Assembly: GCF_020745735.1 (NCBI RefSeq)
Contig: NC_083409.1
Location: 12,343,423-12,397,036 of the forward strand
Origin: Hemiscyllium ocellatum
Lineage: Eukaryota
Direction of reading: 5' to 3'
DNA: 53,614 bases
The translations under genes and the position numbers were made by a program. Positions 33,060-45,204 of this stretch are shown piece by piece; positions within the stretch are counted from its first letter, which is position 1; every line of letters begins with the position of its first letter. The notes beneath the pieces were generated by a model. The model was not told the origin of the DNA and did no database searches. It saw only the letters and a list, made by a program, of their open reading frames with translations.

Positions 33060-36000
33060 TGATGGGATAGCATAGAGGATGAGCTTAGATTGGTTCATAG
33101 GTCGGTGCAACATCGAGGGCCGAAGTGCCCATTCTGCGCTGTATTGTTCTACCTATCTCTCTATCCAGTCTGAAAAGCAATCCTTTCCCACCACTCTATG
33201 TTTCCTATCTTCAAGCCAATTTTTTACTCAAATGGCTAGCTCCCCCTGGATCCCATGTGGTCTAACCTTACAAACCAGTTTATCATGTGGAACCTTGTCA
33301 AACACTTTACTGAAGTCCATATTGACAATGTCTACTGTTCTGCCTTCCTCAATCTTTGTCACATCCACAATCAAATTAGGGAGACATAATTTTCCATGTA
33401 CAAAGTCACGCTGATTATCCAAATGGATATAAATCCTGTCTCTCAGAATCCACTCCAACATCTTACCCAGCACTGACATCAGTCTGTTTGCTCTATAGTT
33501 CCCTGGCTTTTCCTTACAGCCTTCCTTCAATAATGGCATAACATTAGCCAACCTCTCTGGTTCTCCAGCACCTTACCTATGCTTGTCGATGATGAAAATA
33601 TCTCAGCAAGGTGCTCAACAATCTTTTCCCTCATTTCCTAAAATGTTCTGGGATACACCTGATCAGGTCCTCGGGATTCATCGACATTTATATGATCTTT
33701 AGCACCTCCTCACTTGTATGTGGACTCTTTTCAAGACATCACTATTTTTCAAAAATCCTGAGCTTTCATGTCCTTCTCCACAATAAATACTGACCGGAAA
33801 TATTTGTTTGGGATCTCACCGATCTCCTGTGTCTTACTAAAATACAGCACTCACATTTGTCTGAATTAAACTCCATCTGCCATTCCTCAGCCCACTGGCC
33901 CAGTTGGTCAAGATTCCATTGTACTCTTAGACAGCCTTCTTCACTGGCCACGATGCCACCTGAAAACTCACCTGAACACATTCTCACAACTCTGGTCCTT
34001 CGCTACCCGTTACACTGCTCCTACCGCAGTCTATATTCAGAAATTAAATTCCCCCCTTTCCCCCACATTATAACAACTCTATCACACTTTCAGGTCTCTG
34101 TAAATTTCTTGCATTTGTATTCCTCCACATCCTTCCCACTGGGTGGTGACTTATTGACTGCACTGAGAATTCTGTGGACCTTGGTGTTCCTCTCTGATAT
34201 TCCCCCTGGCTCCCACAGTCCTGCCAAGTTAGTTTAAACTCTCTCCAACAGCACAAGTAAACAATTCCAAAGGAGCTCAGTGCCAGCTCTGTTCAGGAGC
34301 AACACTGTCTGGTCTGTCCAGGTCCCACCTCCCCCAGACCTAGTCCCAGTGTCCCAAGAATCTGAAGCCCTCCCTCCTGGATCCTCTTTCAAGCCCCACA
34401 ATCACCTGTGTTAACTTCCCGTTCCTTTTCTTCCTTGTGTGGGGCACTGGGAGTAATCCGGAGATTCCTACGTTATAGTTCCTCCTGCTAATTCCCTCTG
34501 GAACTCCCTGAATTCTGATTGGAGGACCACATTCCTTTTCTTCCACTCTCACTGGGAATGATGTGGACCACCACTGCTGCCTGTTCCCCCTCTCCCCTCA
34601 GGGTGCTCTGCAGCTGCTCAGTGGCAGCCTTGACCCTGGCACCAGGGAGACAACACACCATCCTGGATTCCCATCTGCAGCTGCAGAAACACCTATCGAT
34701 TGCCCTCGCTCTTGAATCTCCTCTCATTATCGCTCTTCCAGTCTTCCTTGTGCCCTCCTGTACAGCTGAGCCCCCCCATGGTGCCATGGACTTGGCTCTG
34801 GCTGCACTCCCCAGATGAACCATCATTCTCATCACGATTCCAAACTGAATCATGGTTGGAGAGTGGGATGCACTCAGGGGATTCCTGTACTAGCTGCCTG
34901 GTCCTTTTGGACTGTCTGCTGCTCCCCCATTCCCTCTCTAGCTCTGAAACTGCAGAGTGACCACATCTAGAAACCTGCTCTCCACGGAGCTCTCAGCCTC
35001 ACGGATGCTTCGCACTGACACCAGCTGCTGCTCAAGCTCCAAAACCCAGAACTCCAACTGCTGTCACTGACCACACTCCCTGCTCTCATCGTGGGAAGCA
35101 TTCAGATCCTAGCTACCTCTGTATGAAGTACACTCAATGGCCTCCAGAGCCTTCTGCAGCAGTGAGTTCCACAGATTCACATACCTATGGTGGAAGGAAT
35201 TCCTCCTTGTCTCAGTTCAAAAGGGTCTTCCCTTCACTCTGAGGCTGTGCCTTCGGGCCCCGGTCGCTTCCCCTGTTGGAAACATTTTCTCCATATCCAC
35301 TCGAGACAGGTCTCTCAGTATTCTATAGTTTTAATGAGATACCCCTCATCCTTCTAAACTCCATTGAGTCCTCAACTGTTCCTCATATGATAAGCCCTTC
35401 ATCCCCAAATCATTCTTGTAAATCCCTTCTGTACACCCTCCAATGCCTGCACATTCTTCCTTATATACAGGGCCCAAAACTGCTCACAATACATGAATTG
35501 TGTTCTGACCAGAGCCTTATACAGCTTCAGCAGTATATTTCTTTTCTTGTGATTAAATTGCCTACAGTATGGAAACAGGCCCTTCGACCCAATAAGTCCA
35601 CACTGTCCCTCTGAAAAGCAACCCACCCAGACCCATTCCCCTATATTTATCCCTGATTAATGCACCTAACACTACGGGCAATTTAGCATGGCCAATTCAC
35701 CTGACCTGCACATCTTTGGACTGTGGGAGGAAACCGGAGCACCCAGAGGAAACCCACACAGACACGGGGAGAATGTGGAAACTCCACACAGACAGTTGCC
35801 CGAGACAGGAATTGAATGTGGGCCCCCAGCACTGTGAGGCAGCTATGCTAACCACTGAGCCACCGTGCCACATGTTCTAGCCTTCTGGAAATGAATGCTG
35901 ACATTGCATTTGTGCTCCTAACTGCCAACTGAACCAACGTGGTAATGTTAAGAAAAACCTGATTATGACTCCTCAGTCCCTTTGTAATTCAGATTTCTGA

Positions 36001-37135
36001 ATCCTTTCCCCATTTAAAAAACAGTCTATGTCTTTATCTTTCTTACTAAAGTGCATAAGCTCACATTTTCCCACACTGTATTCCATCTGCCACTTCTTGG
36101 TCCACTCTCTGAGCCTGATCAACTCCTTCTTCAGCTTCTCCACTTCCTCAACACGACCTGTCCCTCCACTTATCTTTGGGTTACCTGCAGATTGAGTAAC
36201 AATGTCCTCAGATCCTTCATCCAGATCAATAATGAATCATTCATTTTTGGTGAATAGCCGTAGTCCCAGCATGGACCTTTGCAGAACCACACTAGTCACC
36301 GGTTGCCATCCTGAAAAAGATCCTTTTGTTCTACTCTCTGCCTTCTGCCAGGTGGCCAATCTTTTATCCATGCCAGGACCTTGTCCCTAACACCACAGGC
36401 TCTTCTCTTCTTTAGTAGCCTCCTGTATGGCACTTTGTCAAATGCTGTCTGTAAATCCAAATAGATCACGTCCACTGGTTCTCCTTTATCTCACTTGTTC
36501 ATTCCTTCCTCTAAGAATTCAAACAGATTTGTCAGGCCTCCCCTTGATGAAGCCATGCTGACACAGCCCGACTTGACCATACCCTTCCAACCCCCCCTGC
36601 AATCTCATCCTTAAACTGAAGTCTACAATCTTACTCAAGACTGAGGTCAGACTAACCAGCCTATAATTTCCTGTCTTCTGCCTCCCTCCTTTCCTAAACA
36701 GGGGAGTTACATTCACCATTTTACAGTCCTCTTGGACTCTCCCTGACTCCAGTGATTCCTGAAAGATCACCATCAATACCTCCACAATCTGCTCAGCTAT
36801 CTCCTTCAAACTCTGGGGTGTTGTCTATCCAGTCCGGCTGATCTATCCATCTCAGAACTTCCAGCTTCCCCAGCACCTTCTCCTCAGTGATAACCATTAC
36901 TCTCATCCCTGCCCCTGAATCTCTTTAAGTCCTGGTATACTACTGGTGTCTTCCACAGTGAAGACTGATGTAAAGTCACTATTCAGATCCTCTGCCATTT
37001 CCTTGTTCCCCATTAGTACTTCTCCAGCCTCATTTTCCAGCATCCCAACATCTAGTCTTGCCTTCCCCTTAGCTTTTATATTTCGACAAAAAAAAACAGT
37101 GTGCAATCTTATTTAATATTATTGGCTGGCAAGCT
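33060..37135 (-). mobile_element. Nest of mostly antisense CR1 fragments (RT, ORF1 about 34050-35090, 3' parts); short + strand tail at 33060-33150
   Basis: MDFSKVFDKVPHDKL, SRMVCCLPGARVK, VTPLFRKGGRQKTGNYRLVSL motifs. Confidence 0.85.
35551..35870 (-). mobile_element. HE1-like V-SINE
   Basis: Homologous to 3172-3500. Confidence 0.9.
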
Positions 37136-37199
37136 TTTATCTTTCATCTTCTAACCCCTTATTGCAGTTTTAGTTATAAACATACAGAATCCTTGGGTT

Positions 37200-37800
37200 T
37201 TAAAGTACAGCACAGAGTAAAAAAGCAAGGAAGCAATGCTACATCTCGACAGATCACTGATCAGACCAGATTTGGAGGATTGTGTTCAGTTATGAACACC
37301 TTATTTAAAGAGCCATATTAAAACCCTGAAGAGAGATCAAAGGGGTTTTATCAAAATGATACCAGGAATGAGTGATTTCAGATACAAGGAAAGCTTAGAG
37401 AGATTGGGCTTATTCCCCTCTGAGCAGAGAAGATTAAGAGGTGATCTTATAGAGTTGTTCACTGTTTTGAACAATTTTTGACAGTATTAAGGAGGATATT
37501 CCATTACCATAAGTTGGTATCTCTGTAACTATGGGTAATAATTTAAGATGGTTAGCAAGACAGCTAGGAGTGAGATGAGGAGGAATGCCTTTCCGAAGAG
37601 AGTTTTAGGATTTGGAACATGCTGCCTGACAGGATGGTGGAGAAGGATTGTGTTGGAGCTTTCAATGTGTATATTTGAAATTGATGAAGTTAGAGTGCAA
37701 ACGAGATTGGACTGGAGAGTGGGACTAGCTGGATAGCTCTTTCTGGAGCCAGCACAGACATGATGGGTTGAATAGCCTCCTTCTGTACTGTAAATACTAT
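37200..37800 (+). mobile_element. CR1 3' fragment
   Basis: LYRSLIRPDLEDCVQL-like frame; tail cctccttctgtactgtaaatactat. Confidence 0.75.
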
Positions 37801-38501
37801 TATTCCATTTCATCCTGTCAGCTCTTTGCCTTCCTCAGGTCCTGTTCAATGTCACTCCTGCATTTTCTATCCTCCTCTCAGCTTTCTGCAGGTTTGAACT
37901 CCAGATAACCAACATCACCTTCCCTGTTTGGTCTGCCCTACTATGGCTGCCTTTTGACATCCCAGGCTGAGAGACTAGATTTGGGAGTCCCACCCTTACT
38001 CATTGTGGGAACAAATTCTGAATGATCTCTGTCTCCTCCTTTGAGGGATCCTACTGCCCTGACACTGATTTCCCATCATGTCGCTGGTTCCAGTCCACTT
38101 TTACCAAAGTACCCCACAGTTTAGTAAAATATTTCACTCCCAAATGAAAACTTTAACACTTGTTCCACTTGTTCCGTTTCTATCCCTAATCTCAATCTCA
38201 CTGAGTTCTGATCACTGTCACTGAAATGCTCCCCTATTGATAGCCCTTCCAGCTGCCCACATTCATTCCATAAATGATGGTCCAAAACTGTCCCTTCTCT
38301 TTCACCATCACCTTCTCAGGGGCAATTAGGGATGGGCAATAAATGCTGGCCGCGCCAGTGACACTCACATCCCAAGAAGCAATTTGAACAATGCCTGTTC
38401 GTTCGTCGGGTTTGTTAGCTACAAATGTTCAAACATTTTCCCAGTGAATATTCTGAGAGTTTAAATTGGCAGTGATTAAAATTATTTCTCTTGTCTTTCA
38501 G

Positions 38502-38830
38502 GCCGTGAGAACGATCATCCCAAGCTGGCTCTGCTGCCCCCCTCCCTGGAGCATGTCATTGCCAAGGGCACTGCCACCCTGGTGTGCCTTGCCAATCACT
38601 TCTACCCTGATGAGCTGGAGGTGCAGTGGAAGAAGGACGATGCAGTCATTTCGGACGAGGTTCAGACCAGCAACTACCTGCGAGCTTCAGAAAGCACCTA
38701 CAGTGTCAGCAGCCTGCTGACCCACTCTGGGTCTGACTGGGAGTCCAATGCTCGCTTCTCCTGTGCCCTCACCCACGTGACCCTCCCCTCTCCCCTCAGC
38801 AAGAGCATCAGGAAATCAGAATGTGTGTAG
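38502..38830 (+). CDS. IGKC: Second Ig kappa constant exon C2; open frame, no V/J of its own in this window; functional status unknown
   Basis: Acceptor cttgtctttcag|GC; 329 nt like C1; 22 nt and 13 aa differences from C1; all three Cys and the Trp retained. Confidence 0.85.
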
Positions 38831-38867
38831 AGTGTGTGTGACAGTCCACAGAGGAGACACAACTTTA

Positions 38868-38873
38868 AATAAA
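38868..38873 (+). terminator. Candidate proximal polyadenylation signal for C2
   Basis: AATAAA 37 nt after the stop; the homologous site after C1 is AATAGA (30629-30634). Confidence 0.5.
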
Positions 38874-39535
38874 ACAGGGCTGAGCTGGCAGGACAAAGGT
38901 CATTGTCAGCATTAAATTTCAATTCTTTTCCTTTTCAGGACTCCTCAGAGGCATTTCTGAGGTTCAGAAGTTCAGGCAGGTCATTGGGACAGTGTAGAGA
39001 GAGCTTTACAGTGTGTCAAACCTCATGCTGTCCTTGTCGTGTGAGTGTTTGATGGGAACAGGGGTGATTTGTGATGCCAAGTAAAATCTCTTCAAGATGC
39101 TAAAGATTGTCAGCTGTACAAAACAATGTGAATCTCTGAAGTCTCTGCTTCAGTAAACCACATCTCCTTCCTGCTCAGCCATCAGTTCCAATTTAAGGTT
39201 TTTATCACTGCTTAAAGGGACAAGATTCTCATGTTATTGAGAAAATCTCCAAAGTGTTTTCCTCAAGGTCCATTGTGGCTGTGAATTTGAGCAGCTTCCT
39301 CTGTCTGGGCTGTTAATTACAGTCTGTTTTCTGTCAATGTCAATCTGGAAAAGGGAATAAAGATGAAGAAGATTCAGTCCCTGTCTCGTGTGTGCTTTGG
39401 AAATGGACCACTCCATTCAGCTGATTGGCTGCATTTCAGCATGACATTGTCACAATTGGCTGCTTGGCCTGTCAATCAATAAGACATCTGTTGTCATATA
39501 GACTGACAGCCAATCATCAATCATTTTCAAATAAT

Positions 39536-39612
39536 GGGTGGCACGGTGGCACAGTGGTTAGCACTGCTGCCTCACAGCGCCAGAGACCCAGGTTCAATTC
39601 CCACCTCAAGCG
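39536..39612 (+). mobile_element. HE1-like SINE 5' (tRNA-like) fragment
   Basis: gggtggcacggtggcacagtggttagcactgctgcctcacagcgccagagacccaggttcaattcc. Confidence 0.85.
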
Positions 39613-39849
39613 AGTGTGTGCGTGCTATTCTGTACTGCCTGTAGGTGTCACACTGAGTGTGAAGGTGTCACTCTGTGCTGCCTGTAGGTGTCACTAAGGC
39701 ATTTGTCTCTGAGTGATGGACAGAGAATGGGGTTTGTGATGGAGATTGAAGATGAGGCTTTAATCTTCCCAAATCTCGGATGAAAGACAATTCAGTCTTT
39801 ATTAAAATTTACACAACACCAGGTTATAGTCCAACAGGCTTCTTTGAAG

Positions 39850-39884
39850 TACAAGCTTTCGGAGCGCTGCTCCTTCATCAGGTA
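39850..39884 (-). ncRNA. Minimal hammerhead ribozyme motif of a second PLE family, within a PLE tail at about 39800-39890
   Basis: Minus strand TAC-CTGATGA-A-GGAGC AGC GCTCC-GAAA-GCT-T-GTA; palindrome AGCT. Confidence 0.7.
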
Positions 39885-40727
39885 GCTAGTGGGAACAGAA
39901 TTTATAGTAAATTGAGATGGTTGCTGAGAAAGGTGAATACTGAGAGTGTATTCTCAGTAAGGGAGGGATTTCAGAGGCAGTGCACACTGTGTTCCGTAAT
40001 GTGTTGCCCGATTACAAGGGGATATTCTGGAGCTGGGGTCATTGCAGTAGTGGCTGTCTGCCTAGCCAATGCTGACTAGCCATAGTCATGTTTCAATGGT
40101 CAATTAGCCCTAAACTAGGTGCAGCAATATTACGGTACAGGGAGGGGAGTTGTCTGAACAATTCTTGAATTCCAAGAGGGTTGCAGTGGATTAATGAAGG
40201 GTGCCACCACCGTGAAGGTGCCACCTTCTCTCCCCCCTGCCTCAGCTGTAGTGACCCTCAGGTTAATCACGCCATCAGTCGTTTCTGTCTGTAATGAGTG
40301 AGACTATGCTCCTCTGGGATGATGACCACTTTCCTGGGTGACGGACGGAAGGCCAACCTTTCCCAAAGGCAGCACAGGCTGGATCGAAGGGGCATCAAGA
40401 GTAAGCATGGGGAGATTGAGGGTGACAGAAGGAGGGGGTTGTTTGGCAGGTTGTTATTCAGAGTCAGGTCCCAGAGTATTAGTCCTTCTGACACTCCCCT
40501 TTTTAATCTGTCAGCCAGGGCTCCCTGATTGGACAAGGTTAACAGCACCTGCCCGGGAATTCATATTTTATCAAAAGGAATAAATCATTTATTGAACAAG
40601 GAACTCAAGAGGTAAACAACACGAGACAAAATGAATGGTTTGAAGGATTTCATTACAAACATCACAAATGAGATTTGGGAAATAATGTTTTCACTCAGCA
40701 GGTGGTGAGAATCTGGAATGGACCGTC

Positions 40728-41050
40728 ACGGAATCCCAACAGTGTAGAAACAGGCTATTTAGCCCAACAAGTCCACAACGACCCTCCGAAGAGAGACTCA
40801 CCTAGACCCATTCCCCAAACTAAGGCACCTAACTGATACATTCCTGAACACTATGGCAATTGTAACATGGCCAATTCAGTCTAACCTGCACATCTTTGGA
40901 TTGTGGGACAAAACTTGAGCACACAGAGGAAACCCACACCAACACAGAGAATGTGCAAACTCCACACAGACAGTCACCTGGGGCTGGAATTGAACCTGGT
41001 GCCTGATGCTGTGAGATAGCAGTGCTAACCACTGAGCCACCATGCCACCC
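40728..41050 (-). mobile_element. HE1-like V-SINE
   Basis: Homologous to 3172-3500. Confidence 0.85.
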
Positions 41051-41949
41051 ATACAAAAAGCCCAAACAGTTGAGCTTTTGTTAAGTTCTGTGAGCCTGAT
41101 GTGATACAAACTATAAACACACAACCCTCTGTCAGGGAAGGTATTGGATGCTTGAAACCTCACAACCTTTAAATATCATAACATTCAAGGATTTGGGATA
41201 AGTGCAGGAAATTGGGATTAGAGTGCCTGTAGTGGTAGTTATGACAGTGCAGACTCAATGGGCCAAAGGGCCTTTTCTGTGCTGTATCAATCTATGCTCC
41301 ATGCTGAGAGGGCAGTGCAGGTTAATGGTGACTCGATGAGACAGTCACAAGATGGCAAATACATGATCTAAGCTCAGAGGAAATGGCTCAAGTTTCAGTG
41401 AAGCCCAAGTAGGTACTTGGAAGGAGGTCAAGGATCATGGAGACAAGGTCAATGGAGACTGAGCGAGGGCACAGGGTGCTGGCTGGCATCTCCAGGGATT
41501 GTAGTGAGGCATGTGGGGAAAAGAGGGGAGTGCGTAGGGAGGGAGTGCAGTTCCGGTTGAAATACGACCTTTGCCAGCAGTAACATACCTTCAGCACCAG
41601 GGGGTGTCCCTGACTGTGTCAGGCTCACTGGCTGCTCTCTGTGTGATTCCACACAGCCACCCATGCAGTCACCATGCAAGGTCTTGCTCTTGTCTACACT
41701 ACCGTCTACACCACCATCTACACCCACCGTCTGCAGACTCAGTCTGCAACCACCATCTACACCCACTGTCTGCATCCTCCATCTACACCTCCCATCTTTC
41801 TGCTGTTGTAAGATTGTATCCAATGATTCCATTGAGATTTCTGCAACAGAAGCCTGAATTTTAGAACTGGCAAAGATTATCTTATAACCCTGACCTTCAA
41901 AGTCTTTCTTCCACAATGGGCTGAGTAATATTAATGACTGAATGCTATT

Positions 41950-42480
41950 TGATTCCTGTGATGGCAGGCCTGACGTATAAGGAGAGGTTGAGTTGGTGAG
42001 GACTGTGTTCACTGGGGTTTAGAAGAATGAAGGAAGGGAATCTTGTAGAAAGCTATAAAATTGGAACAGGTCGAGACAAGTTAGATGGAGGAAGGATGTT
42101 CCCAATGGTGGAGAAGTCCAGAACTAGGGCTCATAGTTTAAGGTGAAGGGATAAACCCATTAGGACAGAGATGAGGAAAATTGTTTTTACCCAGAGAGTG
42201 GTGAGCCTGTGGGATTTTCTGTCACAGAAAGTGGTTGAGGCCAAAACATTACGTTTTCAAGAAGGGGTTAGAGATAGCTCTTGTGGCCAAAGATTCAAGC
42301 CATATGGGTTAGGGAGCGATTACAGTATAGTGCTCAATGATCAGCCATGACCATAGATAGATTCTTGATGACTGAAGGGATGAAACATTATCAGAGTATG
42401 TAGATTTGAGGTTAAAATCAGATCAATCATAATCTTATTGAATGGGGGAGCGAGTTCAAAGGGCCGAGTGGTCTACTTTT
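41950..42480 (+). mobile_element. CR1 3' fragment
   Basis: gttcactggggtttagaagaatga...cccagagagtggtgagcctgtgg, typical CR1 3' end. Confidence 0.75.
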
Positions 42481-42730
42481 GTTCCTTGCCCATTTATTGC
42501 CTCATACACTTTCACACGATCAGAGAATGTAGTTTATATTTTCTACCTGCAGATTAAGCTGCTTGTACAATATGTTTCATCTGTGCAGTGTTTTCTCCTG
42601 CTTTTCACCAGGGCATGTTAAAGATAATGGTCCCATAATCAATCCATTAACTCTGTGAGTTGATTTATTTAAAACAATAAAAAATGTTACAAGTCATGAA
42701 GCAGACATTACAGCAAGCAATAATGTTCTG

Positions 42731-43065
42731 CATGTTGGCTCAGTGGGTAACACTGCTGTCTCACAGCACCAGGGAACTGGGTTTGATACCAGCCTCAGGT
42801 GATTGTCTGTGTGGAGTTTGCACATTCTCCCTGTGACAGTGTGGGTTTCCTCCGGGTGCTCTGGTGTCCTGCTATGGTGCAAAGATGTGCAGGTTAGGAG
42901 AATTGGCCAAGCTAAATTACCCATGGTATTCAGGGATGTGTGGGTTAGGTGCAGTAGTCAGGGAAAATATAAAGTAATGGGGTGAGGGAGTGGGATGCAC
43001 TTGGAAGATTCGGTCTGGACTTGTTGGGCCAGGTGGCCTGTTTCCACACTGTAGGGATTCTGTAA
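42731..43065 (+). mobile_element. HE1-like V-SINE
   Basis: Box A/B head, V-core and tail cacactgtagggattc. Confidence 0.85.
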
Positions 43066-43348
43066 ATTGATCTTGGTCTGTGTAGCTTGCAGGCTCACAG
43101 ATGACTAACTGGTGGGTAGAGTGCAACACTGTACATACACAGGGGTGGATTTTCTTAAAGACAATGTGTGCACACAGCACACAGCTACTGAACATCAAGG
43201 GGAGATTGCTACATTTTCTCTTGTTGGAGACAGTCATTGCCTGGTAGTTGTGTGGCACAAATGTAACCTTATTCATGTTTCAAGCCCATGTCTCTGGCAG
43301 TAAAATGCTTTGGAACATTCTCAGGTGATAAAAAGTGCTATACTTTTC

Positions 43349-43672
43349 GGGTGGCACAATAGCTCAGTAGTTAGCACTGCTATCTCACAGTGCCAGGGAC
43401 CCACCTCAGGCAGGTCTGTGTGGAGTCTGCACTTTCTCAGTGTGTGTGGGTTTCCCCTGGGTGCTCTGGTTTCCTCCCACACTCCAAAGATCTGCAGACT
43501 GGGTAGGTTGGCCATGCTAAATTGCCTATAGTGTTCAGGGATGTACAGGCTATGTGGATTAGCCATTGAAAAATACAGGGATAGGATAGGCGGCTGGGTG
43601 GAATGCCCTTCGGAGGGACAGTATGGACTTGATAGGCTGAATGGCCTAATTTCACACTATCGGGATTCTGTG
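43349..43672 (+). mobile_element. HE1-like V-SINE
   Basis: gggtggcacaatagctcagtagttagcactgc head; tail cacactatcgggattc. Confidence 0.85.
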
Positions 43673-44082
43673 ATACAAATGCAAATTCCTTCTTTCCATT
43701 CTAGCCCTGAAGCTTGTATGTGATTCTGTCTCATATCCACTCAAGAGATGGCAACCCTTTGAAGACAGGAGCAGCCTCTATTCTTTTGGAAAGTACTTCT
43801 TCCACTCTGTGTCCTTCACAGCCTTGTAGACAGCAACAATGAGATCGGGAAATAACCCAAAGATATAATCTTCTGGGCTCTTCATTAAACTGTGGAACCT
43901 GAAAGTACAATTAATGTCCAAGTCAATGAAGATATTTCTCAGCAATCCCTAAATGCTGAGGTTTAGTACTCAGCAGGCCCCAGGAGGCAAAATAACTGAG
44001 TAGATCATTGCTCTGAATTGCTCATAAATGCCACCTTTACATTTCAGGAGGCTTTGATCAAAAAGGTTGCTTACTCCTCTCC

Positions 44083-45058
44083 TCCTCCACTTCCCGCTCC
44101 TCTGCCCTTGAGCCCCGCTCCTCCAACCGCCACCAAGACAGAACCCCACTGGTTCTCACCTACCACCCTACCAACCTCCGTATACAGCGTATCATCCGCC
44201 GTCATTTCCGCCACCTACAAACGGACCCCACCACCAGGGATATATTTCCCTCCCCTCCCCTATCAGCGTTCCGCAAAGACTACTCCCTTCGTGACTCCCT
44301 TGTCAGGTCCACACCCCCCACCAACCCAACCTCCACTCCCCGCACCTTCCCCTGCAACCGCAGGAAATGTAAAACTTGCGCCCACACCTCCTCCCTCACT
44401 TCCCTCCATGGCCCCAAGGGATCCTTCCATATCCGCCACAAGTTCACCTGTACCTCCACACACATCATCTATTGCATCCGCTGCACCCGATGTGGCCTCC
44501 TCTACATTGGGGAGACGGGCCGCTTACTTGCGGAACGCTTCAGAGAACACCTCAGGGACGCCCGGACCAACCAACCCAACCACCCCGTGGCTTAACACTT
44601 GAACTCTCCCTCCCACTCCACCGAGGACATGCAGGTCCTTGGACTCCTCCACAGGCAAAACATAACAACACGACGGTTGGAGGAAGAACGCCTCATCTTC
44701 CGCCTGGGAACCCTCCAACCACAAGGGATGAACTCAGATTTCTCCAGTTTCCTCATTTCCCCTCCCCCCACCTTGTCTCAGTCCGTTCCCTTAACTCAGC
44801 ACCGCCCTCCTAACCTGCAATCTTCTTCCTAACCTCTCCGCCCCCACCCCACTCCGGCCTATCAACCTCACCTTGACCTCCTTCCACCTATCACATCTCC
44901 ATCGCCCCTCCCCCAAGTCCCTCCTCCCTACCTTTTGTCTTAACCTGCCTGGCACCCTCTCCTCATTCCTGATGAAGGGCTTATGCTCGAAACATCGAAT
45001 TTCCTATTCCATGGATGCTGCCTGACCTGCTGTGCTTTAACCAGCAACATATTTTCAA
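44083..45058 (+). mobile_element. 5'-truncated Penelope-like element: Cys-rich linker, GIY-YIG endonuclease and pLTR
   Basis: One frame 44101-44832 with a single stop (44593-44595): PCNRRKCKTCAH...IIYCIRCTRCGLLYIGETGR...RFREH...RRLEEERLIFRLGTLQPQGMN; 12-bp direct repeat ttactcctctcc at 44071-44082 and 45059-45070. Confidence 0.92.
44965..45000 (+). ncRNA. Hammerhead ribozyme motif, mutated copy
   Basis: ATTC-CTGATGA-A-GGGC TTAT GCTC-GAAA-CATC-GAAT; two substitutions versus 16351-16386, palindrome broken (ACAT). Confidence 0.6.
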
Positions 45059-45204
45059 TTACTCCTCTCCAATATACAGCTTAAAATCAGCTCCAACTCC
45101 CAACCATCCAGCTGAGAGCGGAGCCCTGTACAAACTGGAACCTGGTCAGTGGGAGCACTGTCACTGCTGTCTCACAAGCTTTGTCTATTTAAACCAGTGA
45201 CTTA

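Noticed and set aside
31200-38500. A hidden leader, V or J segment serving C2
   Set aside because: No leader, YYC, FGXG or RSS found by eye; a very decayed relic cannot be excluded without tblastn
41449-42012. 187-aa minus-strand ORF with VGVDGG repeats
   Set aside because: Built from a short degenerate ccatctacac repeat (about 41690-41797) plus LINE debris; no recognisable domain
44018-44602. 194-aa Pro/Thr-rich ORF
   Set aside because: Alternative frame of the C-rich Penelope element; the real frame encodes GIY-YIG
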